Virus record (IMG/VR): IMGVR_UViG_3300045988_143860
Location: 1-36,637 of that record
Strand: one strand, 5' to 3'
Length of the DNA stretch: 36,637 bases
From: a virus
Below the pieces are notes generated by a model that did no database searches, had not been told where the DNA came from, and saw only the letters and a program-made list of their open reading frames with translations. A program made the position numbers and the translations under genes. The number at the start of each line of letters is the position of its first letter. Position 1 is the first letter of the stretch. Positions 7,606-16,483 of the stretch are shown piece after piece.

Positions 7606-10299
7606 TTAGATTCCTACAAGCTCACGCAAAGACGCGCGCGACGCTATGGCCGTAGCCCCGTCCACGACAGTCCCGGCTTCGACGCGCATACGGCCAATCA
7701 ACCGGTTGTCCGCGTCCTTAACCACCAGATACTCAGGCGACACATAGCCACCAGCGACGCTCCCGGAAGACAGGGCAGGCGAGAGCGCCGCCGAAGCAGA
7801 AAGGCTCGCCGTGAACCCGCCGAGGCTCCGGCGCACGTTCTGATACTGATCCTCCAAACCACGCTGGAAACCCTGAATAACGAGACGACCAGAATCCCGC
7901 AAAATGACCTTGTCAAGGTCAGCGGGACCCTTCCACGAGGGGAGCAAGCTTGTCAGCGACCCGAGGACGTTCTTAACAGCACCAAACGCGTTCTTAATAC
8001 CATTAATAAACCCGTCGATGATTTGGCGGCCAGCACCAATCAACCATGAGCCCGCAGACGAGAAAACGCCCATAATACGCCCAGGAATACCGGTAATAAA
8101 CCCCATCATCCGGGACACGCCAGAACTGACAGCCGAAGCAATCCCGCTCCACGCCTTCGATACCAAACTAGACACCGCATTCCACGCCGAACTCCAAAGA
8201 CTAGAAACGAGACTCAGCGCCGAAGAAATGACTGAGTGCACTACGTTCATAGCGCCCGTGATCAGCCCTGTAATCACACCAAAAACGCCGGAAACAAGCC
8301 CCTGCATACCAGACCAGACTTGACTCCAGTCACCGTTAATGACCCCGAGGACTATGTTGATCACGCCCTGGACGGCGGTCATAGCGCTTTCGATAATGGT
8401 CCTTACCGCATCGAAAACAGTCTGTACGACGGGCATTAAGGCTTGAATTGTCGGAATGAGGATGGCCGCAATCAGCGATATCAACGGTGCCATGGCTCCG
8501 ATAATTTGCGTGATCACCCCAATAATCTGAGCGATAATCGGGGTTAACTGTTGAATCATCGGCAACACGGTCGCCAGAACAATGTTGATGATCTGGCTCA
8601 CAGGCGGGATCAACGCCGAAACAACACTCATAATTGCCGTGATCAAAGGGCCAACAGCAGGCAAAACACCCTCAATAAATGAGCCGACCGCGAGCGCCAC
8701 CGACGAAATTATCGGAGCCAAAGCATCACCCAACATTTGAGCCAGTCCGCTGATAGAAACCATAATCTGATCCACCACCGGGGCGAGCGACTGGAACACC
8801 CCGCCGATCACGGTAAACACGGTCCCGAACGCCTGCTGTAAAGCGGTCGAGTTCGCCACCATTGACGCAAACAAGCCGATAATCAACCCAGCCGGGCCAC
8901 TGACCGCACCAAAAGCGCCACCAATACCGGGGATAATTTGCGACAGTAAAGTGCCAAGCGAACCCGCCAAAGCCCCAATAATCGGGAGGAGGCCACTAAA
9001 CGTCCCGGAAAACTGAGACAACCCGCCACCGCTTAACCCGCCAGCAATCGCATCAAAAACGCTCGTGACCTTATCCGCAAGCGCCGTCATTGCAGACGTT
9101 AACGGGCCTTTAAACGGTGCCATGACAGCCTGGAGTCCGCCTGTGATCGCGGCTTCCAGGTTGCCCCACGCGCCCTCGAACGTGGATGTTGAGGTCGCTG
9201 CTTCTTGGGCGGCCTCCTGGAACCCAAGCGAGGTAATCGCCTCATTGAACTCATCGGCGGTGATCTCACCGTTTTCCATAGCTTTCTGGAAATCGCCCGT
9301 ATAGGCTCCTGCTTCCAACAAGGCTTGCTTCAATGGTCCTGCCGCGCCGGGGATCGCGTCGGTGAGCTGACGCCAGTTCTCCGTCATCAACTTGCCCGCG
9401 CCAGCCGTCTGAGTAATCACCAGACCAACAGACTTAAACGTTTCCTTGTTACCGCCAGCAACAGCGTTGAGGTTGCCAGCCGCCTCAGCGAGCCTGTCAT
9501 AGCCTTTCACACCGTTAGAGGCGAGCTGGGCGGTGATGTTCTGAATGTCAGAAAGGTCGTAGACGGTTTTGTCCGCGTATTCTTTTGTGCTCTTTGTCAG
9601 CGCGCTGATCGCGGAGGAGTCTAAGCCCGCGAAGTTTAGTGTGGACTTGAATTTATCTGTTGCGTCAGAGGCGCGAATAGCTTCGCCAGAATATGAGCTA
9701 ATGAAGCCAATGGCGGCGGTCAGTCCTGCGCCTGCCAGCAGTCCTGCGGTGCGGAATGCGTCGCCGAATGACTGCTTGATACTGGCTCCAACGTTGCGGG
9801 CCGTCTGACCGAGCGTTTTCATGACAGCTTGCGAACGCGTCAAAGCCTGAGTGTTCGCCGCCTTCTCTTGAGCCTGTCCTACGCCTTCAAGCGCCCTCTT
9901 GACAGCAGTTGCCGCAGCTTTTTCTTGGGCGAGAGCATTCTTAACATTCAAAGACGCTTGAGCTGCTTGGGACGAGTCCTCGCCATACTTTTTAATTGCT
10001 TCAGCGAGTTTCTTGTTCGCGATCTCCGTCTGAGCCGCAGCACTTGCCTGCGCTTTCTGCGCCTCTTTTACCCTGCTCATAGCCGTCTGGACAGCCTGAG
10101 CCGCTGAAGCGGCGGCTGTACGAGACTCAGCCATAGCGCTCTTGACATTCGAGACGAAACCCCGCGTCGATTTCACACCGAAATCTTTGGGCAACACTGA
10201 TCCAGAAACGCTTGAGAGTTCAGACGATAAAGCGCGGGCGGTTCCCTTAAAACTGGGAACAACATTCAGCCACGCAGTTCCAAGATCGATCCCTGCCAT
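7606..10299 (-). CDS. Tape measure protein
   Basis: 897 aa, Ala/Gly/Ser-rich, N-terminal coiled-coil, central hydrophobic Gly-rich repeats. Follows the G/GT chaperone pair. Confidence 0.9.
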   Translation of the reverse strand: MAGIDLGTAWLNVVPSFKGTARALSSELSSVSGSVLPKDFGVKSTRGFVSNVKSAMAESRTAAASAAQAVQTAMSRVKEAQKAQASAAAQTEIANKKLAEAIKKYGEDSSQAAQASLNVKNALAQEKAAATAVKRALEGVGQAQEKAANTQALTRSQAVMKTLGQTARNVGASIKQSFGDAFRTAGLLAGAGLTAAIGFISSYSGEAIRASDATDKFKSTLNFAGLDSSAISALTKSTKEYADKTVYDLSDIQNITAQLASNGVKGYDRLAEAAGNLNAVAGGNKETFKSVGLVITQTAGAGKLMTENWRQLTDAIPGAAGPLKQALLEAGAYTGDFQKAMENGEITADEFNEAITSLGFQEAAQEAATSTSTFEGAWGNLEAAITGGLQAVMAPFKGPLTSAMTALADKVTSVFDAIAGGLSGGGLSQFSGTFSGLLPIIGALAGSLGTLLSQIIPGIGGAFGAVSGPAGLIIGLFASMVANSTALQQAFGTVFTVIGGVFQSLAPVVDQIMVSISGLAQMLGDALAPIISSVALAVGSFIEGVLPAVGPLITAIMSVVSALIPPVSQIINIVLATVLPMIQQLTPIIAQIIGVITQIIGAMAPLISLIAAILIPTIQALMPVVQTVFDAVRTIIESAMTAVQGVINIVLGVINGDWSQVWSGMQGLVSGVFGVITGLITGAMNVVHSVISSALSLVSSLWSSAWNAVSSLVSKAWSGIASAVSSGVSRMMGFITGIPGRIMGVFSSAGSWLIGAGRQIIDGFINGIKNAFGAVKNVLGSLTSLLPSWKGPADLDKVILRDSGRLVIQGFQRGLEDQYQNVRRSLGGFTASLSASAALSPALSSGSVAGGYVSPEYLVVKDADNRLIGRMRVEAGTVVDGATAIASRASLRELVGI

Positions 10300-10318
10300 A
10301 GGGCGCCTCCCACTCTAA

Positions 10319-10711
10319 TTAGTTCTCATGAAGTCGCTTCAACAAATCGTCCAGCTCGCCGGGGTCAACAGTTTCGAATGTGTCCTCAGACAAGTCCACA
10401 TCGTGCGAGGGGAAAAGTAGGTCATACATTGAAGGTGGACGGTGCCTGCCCTTCATGCCGTCCTTCGTGTTCTGCCACACCAAGATGCCCAGCCGGTCAA
10501 CAGCAAGCGCCACAAGTTTTTGGAGGCTCGTCTCAAACGTGTCACCAGCCTGCATAATCCGATGCGTCCACGATTCGGGTTGTCTCAGCATGGCAATAAA
10601 TAGTGAGGCGGCCTGAACAGGAGGCAAACTACGCCAGTCAAGCACCCCATAGAAGCGAGCAAAATCCGCGTTCAGCTCATCAGGATGCTTACGCCAGACA
10701 CTGATGAGCAT
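10319..10711 (-). CDS. Tail assembly chaperone, T part (expressed as G-T fusion by -1 frameshift)
   Basis: In the -1 frame relative to the upstream ORF. Its ATG overlaps the upstream TGA (TGATG). Slippery heptamer lies 6 nt upstream of that stop. Confidence 0.65.
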   Translation of the reverse strand: MLISVWRKHPDELNADFARFYGVLDWRSLPPVQAASLFIAMLRQPESWTHRIMQAGDTFETSLQKLVALAVDRLGILVWQNTKDGMKGRHRPPSMYDLLFPSHDVDLSEDTFETVDPGELDDLLKRLHEN

Positions 10712-11088
10712 CAGGAATTTGGGGCCAAGCTCTCCATCAGCTCACGCATAAACTCCACGCCCTCCACCAGATCAACATGCCCGTCATCTCCTCGCAAGCA
10801 GTCGAACACTTCACGCATCCGATCGGCTCCGACAAGGAAACGAAGAATACGAGGCAACGCCGTAGGATTCTCATCCTCAACCTGCGCCAACAGATCTAAG
10901 AACTCAAGGTCAGCCAACACCTTCGGATTAATTGTCAGCTCAAGCCCGCGCACAACAATCCTGCGAGGCAACCCCACCGGCTCAGGCATCAGATCCTCAG
11001 ACACCCCCGGCACCTGGCCTGCCACCTCAGCCTCAGCTTCAGCAAGCATCTCCTTCAACGCCTCAACATCAGCCCGTGTTGTCATCAT
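10711..11088 (-). CDS. Tail assembly chaperone G
   Basis: 125-aa acidic protein between major tail and tape measure, ending ...LAPNS with CCCAAAT just before the stop. Confidence 0.7.
   Translation of the reverse strand: MMTTRADVEALKEMLAEAEAEVAGQVPGVSEDLMPEPVGLPRRIVVRGLELTINPKVLADLEFLDLLAQVEDENPTALPRILRFLVGADRMREVFDCLRGDDGHVDLVEGVEFMRELMESLAPNS
10717..10723 (-). other. Candidate -1 programmed ribosomal frameshift heptamer C CCA AAT
   Basis: Zero-frame GCC CCA AAT TCC TGA. The heptamer fits X XXY YYZ. After a -1 slip the reading CCC AAA TTC CTG ATG CTC.. is the frame of ORF 10319-10711. Confidence 0.55.
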
Positions 11089-11137
11089 TCTCCACTCTCT
11101 GCTTCACGCGCGTTCTTCTCAGACCATGAAAGGAAGA

Positions 11138-11179
11138 CCCCTGCTCTGGGAGAAGGACGACAAAAGACCAGAGCAGGGG
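11138..11179 (-). terminator. Hairpin terminator/attenuator downstream of the major tail gene
   Basis: CCCCTGCTCTGG (11138-11149) and CCAGAGCAGGGG (11168-11179) form a perfect 12-bp stem with an 18-nt loop. T-rich run follows on the - strand (rc of 11128-11137). Confidence 0.6.
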
Positions 11180-11193
11180 CGAACAATTAAGAA

Positions 11194-11748
11194 TCAGGCG
11201 GCGGTCACATGCTCGTAGGCCGTATTACCGTCCGCATCGGGATAAGCAGTCAAAGTGACCTCGTAGCCGATCGCCTCACCATCTTGGTAAGCAATCTCAC
11301 CCACCTCAGTGATCTGCGCATTCGGGACAACAATCCGCTTGACACGCCCACCGGTCAGCAACATCTCAAAGACGTAAATCTTGCGATCCAGAACACTCCC
11401 GTTGTGCTTAACTGTCAGCACACCAGCAGAGTCCTTGACATTCTTATCGCCGTAGACTTCCTTCAACACATCCACGTCGAGAACCTGAATAAACGTCCAC
11501 TTGAACGTTTCCGTCCGGCTCGTCGGCGTTGTCAGAACCGTGTCGCCGCCCCACGCCTTCAGATCCTCTGTATCCGTCTCAACACTGTTGGTCAGACCAT
11601 CTTCTGAGACATACCCGAGGTTCTTAAACGCTTGATCGAGCTTCGCGGTCGCATCCTGTGGGATCTGGGTGCCGACAGGTGCTGCGAACACGGCCCCCGT
11701 CGCACCCGGTTTACCAACAGAAACCTTTGTCGAATCATTTTTTGCCAT
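11194..11748 (-). CDS. Major tail protein
   Basis: 184 aa, RBS AAAGGAA, immediately upstream of the chaperone pair and followed by a strong hairpin. Typical size and position. Confidence 0.8.
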   Translation of the reverse strand: MAKNDSTKVSVGKPGATGAVFAAPVGTQIPQDATAKLDQAFKNLGYVSEDGLTNSVETDTEDLKAWGGDTVLTTPTSRTETFKWTFIQVLDVDVLKEVYGDKNVKDSAGVLTVKHNGSVLDRKIYVFEMLLTGGRVKRIVVPNAQITEVGEIAYQDGEAIGYEVTLTAYPDADGNTAYEHVTAA

Positions 11749-11762
11749 TGTGAATGTTCCTT

Positions 11763-12134
11763 TCAGGAGTTCATGAGAGTGAGATTGAGTGTGAGTTGGT
11801 AGCGTGCCGCGCGAGAAAGCGGGTCTGGGAAGTTATACAAACTGGAAACTTTGCTTTCTGCGACAGTGTTTTCAAGAGGGAGAACAGTTGTGAACAGTGT
11901 GGCCAGCTGGTCGGCAAGGATCATGGCTTGAGACCTGCTCCCAGCCCATGCCTGGACAGCGAGCATCGGGTGATCCATGTGGAGGCCACGAACACCGCCT
12001 ACACGTTCGACCGTGATGAAACGGTCTGGACGTTTTTCTGGCACATCCCCGTAAGCACGCGCTCCAGTCTGGCCGACAATGGTCTGAGTGTTGAGGAAAT
12101 TGATCATGAACGCTTCAGGAGACACGAGCCTCAC
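11763..12134 (-). CDS. Tail terminator-like head-tail joining protein
   Basis: 123 aa directly upstream of the major tail. Call is by synteny. Confidence 0.5.
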   Translation of the reverse strand: MRLVSPEAFMINFLNTQTIVGQTGARAYGDVPEKRPDRFITVERVGGVRGLHMDHPMLAVQAWAGSRSQAMILADQLATLFTTVLPLENTVAESKVSSLYNFPDPLSRAARYQLTLNLTLMNS

Positions 12135-12348
12135 CCGCAGCTTTCAGGAGTGTGTTGTGGTACGCGTTCTTTGTTTTTGCCTGGATGGTTTCGGCTCTAA
12201 CTGCCCCGTGAGGCCGGTCAGTCCAGATCACGTCACCCACGAAACCATCACCAGCCGCGATAGCGATCCTGTTGGTCGTATCCTCCACGAGTGGCTGAGT
12301 TATCGCAGCGAGATTATCGAACTTAATAAACAGTTTGACTTTCCCCAC
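12115..12348 (-). CDS. Small head-tail connector protein (77 aa)
   Basis: Only the C-terminal part of track ORF 12115-12561 looks protein-like. GTG at 12346-12348 preceded by GGAGGGATAAAGCC gives VGKVKLFIKFDNLAAITQPLVEDTT... The N-terminal extension is Arg/Cys/Ser-rich junk overlapping ORF 12353-12691. Confidence 0.5.
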   Translation of the reverse strand: MGKVKLFIKFDNLAAITQPLVEDTTNRIAIAAGDGFVGDVIWTDRPHGAVRAETIQAKTKNAYHNTLLKAAGEARVS

Positions 12349-12352
12349 GGCT

Positions 12353-12691
12353 TTATCCCTCCACTGTCTGAACACGCACCGGCATGCTCCACATGCCGGG
12401 AGTATTCGCCAACGTGTACGGCTTCGGATCACCAACAACACTGAATTCTTCGCCACGCACCCTGACGCGCTTATTGCGCAAGCTCCCGATAAAAGACTTC
12501 GGGAAATGCAGCTGGAGGACGACCTTGGTCCCGTCCGGTTGCACCGACGACACGACATCACTCGTATCTGCCGGAGCTACCAGGACATTCCTGACGGTCG
12601 CCTCCACCTGCCATGAGCGCACCGGGTTGTTCAGCGCGTCCCGACCGGCATCGATGTAAGCCCACACCTCCACCGTCTCCCCGCGGATCAC
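12353..12691 (-). CDS. Head closure / head-tail adaptor protein
   Basis: 112 aa in the connector block between capsid and tail genes, overlapping its upstream neighbour by 4 nt. Confidence 0.55.
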   Translation of the reverse strand: MIRGETVEVWAYIDAGRDALNNPVRSWQVEATVRNVLVAPADTSDVVSSVQPDGTKVVLQLHFPKSFIGSLRNKRVRVRGEEFSVVGDPKPYTLANTPGMWSMPVRVQTVEG

Positions 12692-13116
12692 GGTGCCACC
12701 TCATTAGAGTCGAGCAGATCCACCTCGAAAGCGCCCACAGGCGCAAGCCCGAGGCGACGACGATGTACACGCGTGAATGACAGGCTCCCAGCAGGCGTCG
12801 AAAACGTCGCCGACTGCGTATAGGGGCCTGCAGTCATTGACGCCTGAGACGACCCAAACTGTGGCCCGAAACCGCCGTCAGACACCGAGCGGATCATGTA
12901 CGAGACCATGTCGCACACGACATCCGTCGCAGTATCAGCCCTCACGGTCCCAGCAGCGATCAGCGCCTCGATATCGTACCCATCGGCGGCGAGCTCGTCA
13001 CGGACGATCCGCGACGCTCGAGCCAAGTAGGCGGCGACACGATCCTGATGCTCGACAGGGACGCCACCGTACCGGTCGACGTAGTCATCCTCTGTCGCGA
13101 GAGTGAACGGCTCCAT
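12688..13116 (-). CDS. Head-tail connector (gp6-like) protein
   Basis: Probable ATG at 13114-13116 after GGTGAGGA (the track starts at GTG 13125). N-terminus MEPFTLATEDDYVDRYGG... resembles gp6-like connectors. Confidence 0.55.
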   Translation of the reverse strand: MEPFTLATEDDYVDRYGGVPVEHQDRVAAYLARASRIVRDELAADGYDIEALIAAGTVRADTATDVVCDMVSYMIRSVSDGGFGPQFGSSQASMTAGPYTQSATFSTPAGSLSFTRVHRRRLGLAPVGAFEVDLLDSNEVAP

Positions 13117-13125
13117 TATCCTCAC

Positions 13126-13272
13126 CTATCCCTTCCGGGCAGTCCTCCGCTTCGGTGCAGGAGTCGACTCCTGCACTTCGTCGAAGGGCTTCCATTCGGA
13201 ATCGAGGGTGGCCGCCAGCGTGTCAGACACGTTGATGACCACCCCCGACACGGAGTTGATCAGACGCGGCAT
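13126..13272 (-). CDS. Unlisted 48-aa ORF between capsid and connector genes
   Basis: Its ATG overlaps the capsid TGA (TGATG). Peptide MPRLINSVSGVVINVSDTLAATLDSEWKPFDEVQESTPAPKRRTARKG. Hand-counted third-position GC about 79%. Confidence 0.5.
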   Translation of the reverse strand: MPRLINSVSGVVINVSDTLAATLDSEWKPFDEVQESTPAPKRRTARKG

Positions 13273-14198
13273 CAGAGCTTGTCCTCGATGACCGCGAAGC
13301 GGTTCACGAAGGCGTACCAGCCGTAGACGATCTCGAGGCGGAGCGCGACCTGGTTCTTCCTCTTGAGGTCGCCCTGCCCGTCCGGATCACCGAAGCGGAT
13401 CAGTTCGATCGGGAGGTCACGCTGGATGCCCCAGCGGATGCCGTTCTGGAAGTCGCCGACGATCGCGCGGACCTTCGTGTCGGTCGCTTCCGGCGTGCCG
13501 GAGACCGTGTCTCCGACTGCGGTCGGGACGCCCATGAATGAGGTGATGTCGGTGCCGAGCCCGATCTGCGGGTAGCGCAGATCCGACGTCGCACCCGAGC
13601 CGTCCTTGCGCTTGAGGTTGGCGAGCGTCCACGTGAACTTCGGGTCGAAGGCCGCGCCGGTGACCATCGCCGGATTGAGGGAATCGGCGATGATGAGGCC
13701 CGCGGCGGCACGGAAGTCGTCGTCGATCTCAGCGGTTCCAGCACCGATCTCGACGCGCTTGGTCGTCGCGCCGATGTAGTTGGTCCACGTCGAGATTTCA
13801 GCGCCATTCAGCGGGTTGATCCGGTGGTAGACGCCGAGGTCGAGGGCGCGCGAGAGGGCGACCATTCCAGCGTCTGCGAGTTCCTGCAGGACGTTTAGCT
13901 GGTAGTCCTCGTCAGCCCATTCAACCTCGTTGGAGAACCGCATCGTGACCTGCGCCTTGTGAGGGACTGCGGTCACGGACCCGAACGAGCCCTTCGTCGA
14001 GCCCTTGTCGGCGTTCTCCTCGACGAACTCCGCGCGGGGCAGATCGTTGAAGGTGAGGATGTCGGCCTTGCCGAAGCGCATCGGCTCAGCGCCGGAGAGC
14101 TTCGCGACGGTCGAGGTGCTCATGGTCTTCTTGACCATGCCGTTGAGGATTTCGCGCGGCATGAGGACCTGTGCGCTGGTGGAATCGAAGATTGCCAT
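13272..14198 (-). CDS. Major capsid protein (HK97-fold type)
   Basis: 308 aa immediately after the scaffold gene. Size and position typical. No prohead protease present. Confidence 0.88.
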   Translation of the reverse strand: MAIFDSTSAQVLMPREILNGMVKKTMSTSTVAKLSGAEPMRFGKADILTFNDLPRAEFVEENADKGSTKGSFGSVTAVPHKAQVTMRFSNEVEWADEDYQLNVLQELADAGMVALSRALDLGVYHRINPLNGAEISTWTNYIGATTKRVEIGAGTAEIDDDFRAAAGLIIADSLNPAMVTGAAFDPKFTWTLANLKRKDGSGATSDLRYPQIGLGTDITSFMGVPTAVGDTVSGTPEATDTKVRAIVGDFQNGIRWGIQRDLPIELIRFGDPDGQGDLKRKNQVALRLEIVYGWYAFVNRFAVIEDKL

Positions 14199-14218
14199 TG
14201 TTCACTCCTTACAGTGAG

Positions 14219-14674
14219 TCAGTTGCCGAAGAGCTCGTGGACGAGTCGTTGCTCGGCGGTGAGGGATGAAGTGGGCGCGTCCCCCTGCTTGGGGAGGATC
14301 GGCGCTGACGGCTTGCGGACGAAGTCCTTGAGGGCTTCACCGTGAGCCTGGAGTTCTTCCAGGGTGTTCCCTCGCAGGAGTTCTGCGGGGACGCCTGTCT
14401 CCTCGGAGACTTGCGACCGCCACTGGGCGCGCTGCTGGTCGGCCTCGATCTGGTCGAGGCGCGCCTGCGCCTGTGCGAGCTTCGAGGCTGTGTCATCGGC
14501 CTGGGCTGCCTTCGCCTTGAGATCGTCATAGTCCGCGTACTTGCGGCGCTCACGCTCGAGGCGCTTGCTGATGATCTGGTCGAGAGCTTCTTGACTGGTG
14601 ATCGCCTCGAACTCGGGACCCTTCGCCTCATCAGGCGTCGCCTCGCCGCTGTCGGACGTTGACTGGTCGGTCAT
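14219..14674 (-). CDS. Scaffolding protein
   Basis: 151 aa, acidic N-terminus, long helical charged repeats (AQAQARLDQIEADQQRAQW), directly upstream of the capsid gene. Confidence 0.7.
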   Translation of the reverse strand: MTDQSTSDSGEATPDEAKGPEFEAITSQEALDQIISKRLERERRKYADYDDLKAKAAQADDTASKLAQAQARLDQIEADQQRAQWRSQVSEETGVPAELLRGNTLEELQAHGEALKDFVRKPSAPILPKQGDAPTSSLTAEQRLVHELFGN

Positions 14675-14744
14675 CGTGTCTCCTTAATCCGTTTTCGGGC
14701 CGTCGCCCACTGCTTCCCGCTGAACCCCAGCGGTCAGGGAGGCA

Positions 14745-14778
14745 TAAGAAAACCCGCCAACCGGAACAGGAAGGCGGG
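14745..14778 (-). terminator. Hairpin + T-run downstream of the putative immunity gene
   Basis: CCCGCC (14753-14758) / GGCGGG (14773-14778), 14-nt loop. On the - strand it is followed by TTTTCTT. Confidence 0.4.
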
Positions 14779-14809
14779 CTGGTGTATGCGGTTTGGTGGG
14801 TATGCGAAA

Positions 14810-14835
14810 CCCCCACTGTCTCCGGACCGTGGGGG
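14810..14835 (-). terminator. Hairpin immediately after the stop of ORF 14847-15182
   Basis: CCCCCAC (14810-14816) / GTGGGGG (14829-14835), 12-nt loop, TTT follows on the - strand. Confidence 0.4.
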
Positions 14836-14846
14836 TGTGGTTGGGG

Positions 14847-15182
14847 TTAAGCCGTGCGTGTGCTACGCGCTCGCAACTGCTGGTCTAGGAACAGTAACAC
14901 CCCTTCAAGGTCGTTCTCCTCGTAATCCCGCTCCCACTCGGGGAGGAGCGATTCAACGGCTTCGAGTAGATCATCGGACACTCGGATGTTGTCCTCTTGG
15001 ATCTGCCAGCACACGTCCTCTAACGCACCGAACTCGTCATCTGATTCACAGTAGCGGACCAAGCCGTCACGACGTTTCTGCCCAGAGGGGCCAACGCCCT
15101 CGAACCATTCTTCAAGCAGCCGATAGAAAAGGTCTCGCGTGAACCTCGCGGCCTCTCTGGGATCCTGTTGCTGCGCGTACAT
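14847..15182 (-). CDS. Small acidic protein, putative immunity protein for the upstream MuF-toxin
   Basis: 111 aa, helical and acidic, 17 nt after the toxin-domain ORF, followed by two hairpins. TAGAAT lies 7 nt upstream of its ATG. Interrupts the otherwise canonical portal-MuF-scaffold-capsid order. Confidence 0.5.
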   Translation of the reverse strand: MYAQQQDPREAARFTRDLFYRLLEEWFEGVGPSGQKRRDGLVRYCESDDEFGALEDVCWQIQEDNIRVSDDLLEAVESLLPEWERDYEENDLEGVLLFLDQQLRARSTRTA

Positions 15183-15199
15183 GGCGTTAATTCTACCCT

Positions 15200-16483
15200 T
15201 CAGGCCTCTGGGAATATAGAAGCAACTCGATATCCGCTCTTTCGTCGCTTTACGTGGACGATCACCGAAACACCACGGAATGTGGCGGTGACGTCTCCAA
15301 AGACTCCGTCACTCCATGCTGTTCGGAGCACGTGTTCAGCCGCCTTTACAACATCCTCTTCAGTCCACCCCTCGGGCAATGTTGGGCGGGATGCGATCCA
15401 TCCGTAGCCGTGGAGGTGGCCACCTTTGATCTCGGGTCCAACGCGCTCGGAGTACAGTGCATGGTTGAGGCTCTTCGCGTCGAGTGCAGGCAGGTCATTA
15501 GGCCAGTTTCTTGGGCGTTGGTATGGATTTCGCGGCGGGACTTTCGCTCCTGAGGCGCGAAGGTCCGGGTCGGCATTGTAACGGGTGATGATCTCGTTGC
15601 GGTGGGTGTCGTACTTGCTCAGATCCACCGTCCCATCCCCGCCACCTTTTCCGCTTCGCACCTTTCCCAACTGGAGCCTGCGAGGGATTTTCGACATGCC
15701 TCGCCCGGTGCCGTCCGAACGTCCTTGGTCCCCGATGCCATCCTTATACGCATCAGGGTGGAGACGACGCATGACGGCCAAGAGAGTATGCGAGTCGTTG
15801 GGGTCTTCGCCCATGTTCATGACGGCCTCACGCGCCTGTTGATAGCGGTCATACATGGCGTCAGGGTCGTACCCGTCAATGTGGGCCTTCTTGCGGTCCC
15901 ACGAGGGGACGATCTCACAGTCACAATCGTGGTGAAACTCGTTGCCGCTACCCTTAATGCCAGCCAACTTTTCCGACAGGTACACCCACCCGCGCGAGGC
16001 GAGCATCGCGCAGAACGCGCAGGTCTTCGCACCGCGCGGAACGCGCGCATAACGCGGCTCGGCAGGATCGAAAGCGACGTTGCGGGCGATCGTGTCCCGG
16101 CTGGCGTATTTGACCCACATTTGCGTCGCCGACGCTAGCGCGCCGAGAACCCTGTCAGGCTCACCAAGCCACAATGGGCCGACGATCGCGCGCGTGGACG
16201 CCTGGACCTGAGAAGCCGGCACACCGTCAGAAATCGTCGGCGAATATGCGGGCAGGCCCGGTGTTTTCGCTCGCTGCTCCTCCCACCACTCGACCGCCGC
16301 GACCGCCGCGACATTCCCGTAGGTTGCGACAAGGTCAGGGAGGAAGTCGAGGAGGGCCTGACGACACTCTGCAGGATTCGATACATCCAGACCGCGCCAG
16401 AACCTCGAGAGGTCCCGCTGAGCCAGACGCACGGCCTCGTCAGTCCCACGCGAGAGTCTTGAGACTGCTCGGCGATCCATCAT
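15200..16483 (-). CDS. MuF-like head morphogenesis protein fused to a C-terminal EndoU-like toxin domain
   Basis: N-terminal ~250 aa are typical of actinophage MuF-like minor capsid proteins (VPRGAKTCAFCAMLASRGWVY...FHHDCDCEIVP). A Gly/Arg linker follows. C-terminus: NHALYSERVGPEIKGGHLHGYGW..LPEGWTEEDVVKAAEHVL...GVSVIVHVKRRKSGYRVASIFPEA, resembling bacterial EndoU nucleases. Confidence 0.72.
   Translation of the reverse strand: MMDRRAVSRLSRGTDEAVRLAQRDLSRFWRGLDVSNPAECRQALLDFLPDLVATYGNVAAVAAVEWWEEQRAKTPGLPAYSPTISDGVPASQVQASTRAIVGPLWLGEPDRVLGALASATQMWVKYASRDTIARNVAFDPAEPRYARVPRGAKTCAFCAMLASRGWVYLSEKLAGIKGSGNEFHHDCDCEIVPSWDRKKAHIDGYDPDAMYDRYQQAREAVMNMGEDPNDSHTLLAVMRRLHPDAYKDGIGDQGRSDGTGRGMSKIPRRLQLGKVRSGKGGGDGTVDLSKYDTHRNEIITRYNADPDLRASGAKVPPRNPYQRPRNWPNDLPALDAKSLNHALYSERVGPEIKGGHLHGYGWIASRPTLPEGWTEEDVVKAAEHVLRTAWSDGVFGDVTATFRGVSVIVHVKRRKSGYRVASIFPEA

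Noticed and set aside
12349-12561. N-terminal 71 residues of track ORF 12115-12561
   Set aside because: Cys/Arg/Ser-rich and fully overlapping the well-formed connector ORF 12353-12691. An internal GTG with a GGAGG RBS gives a sensible 77-aa protein instead.
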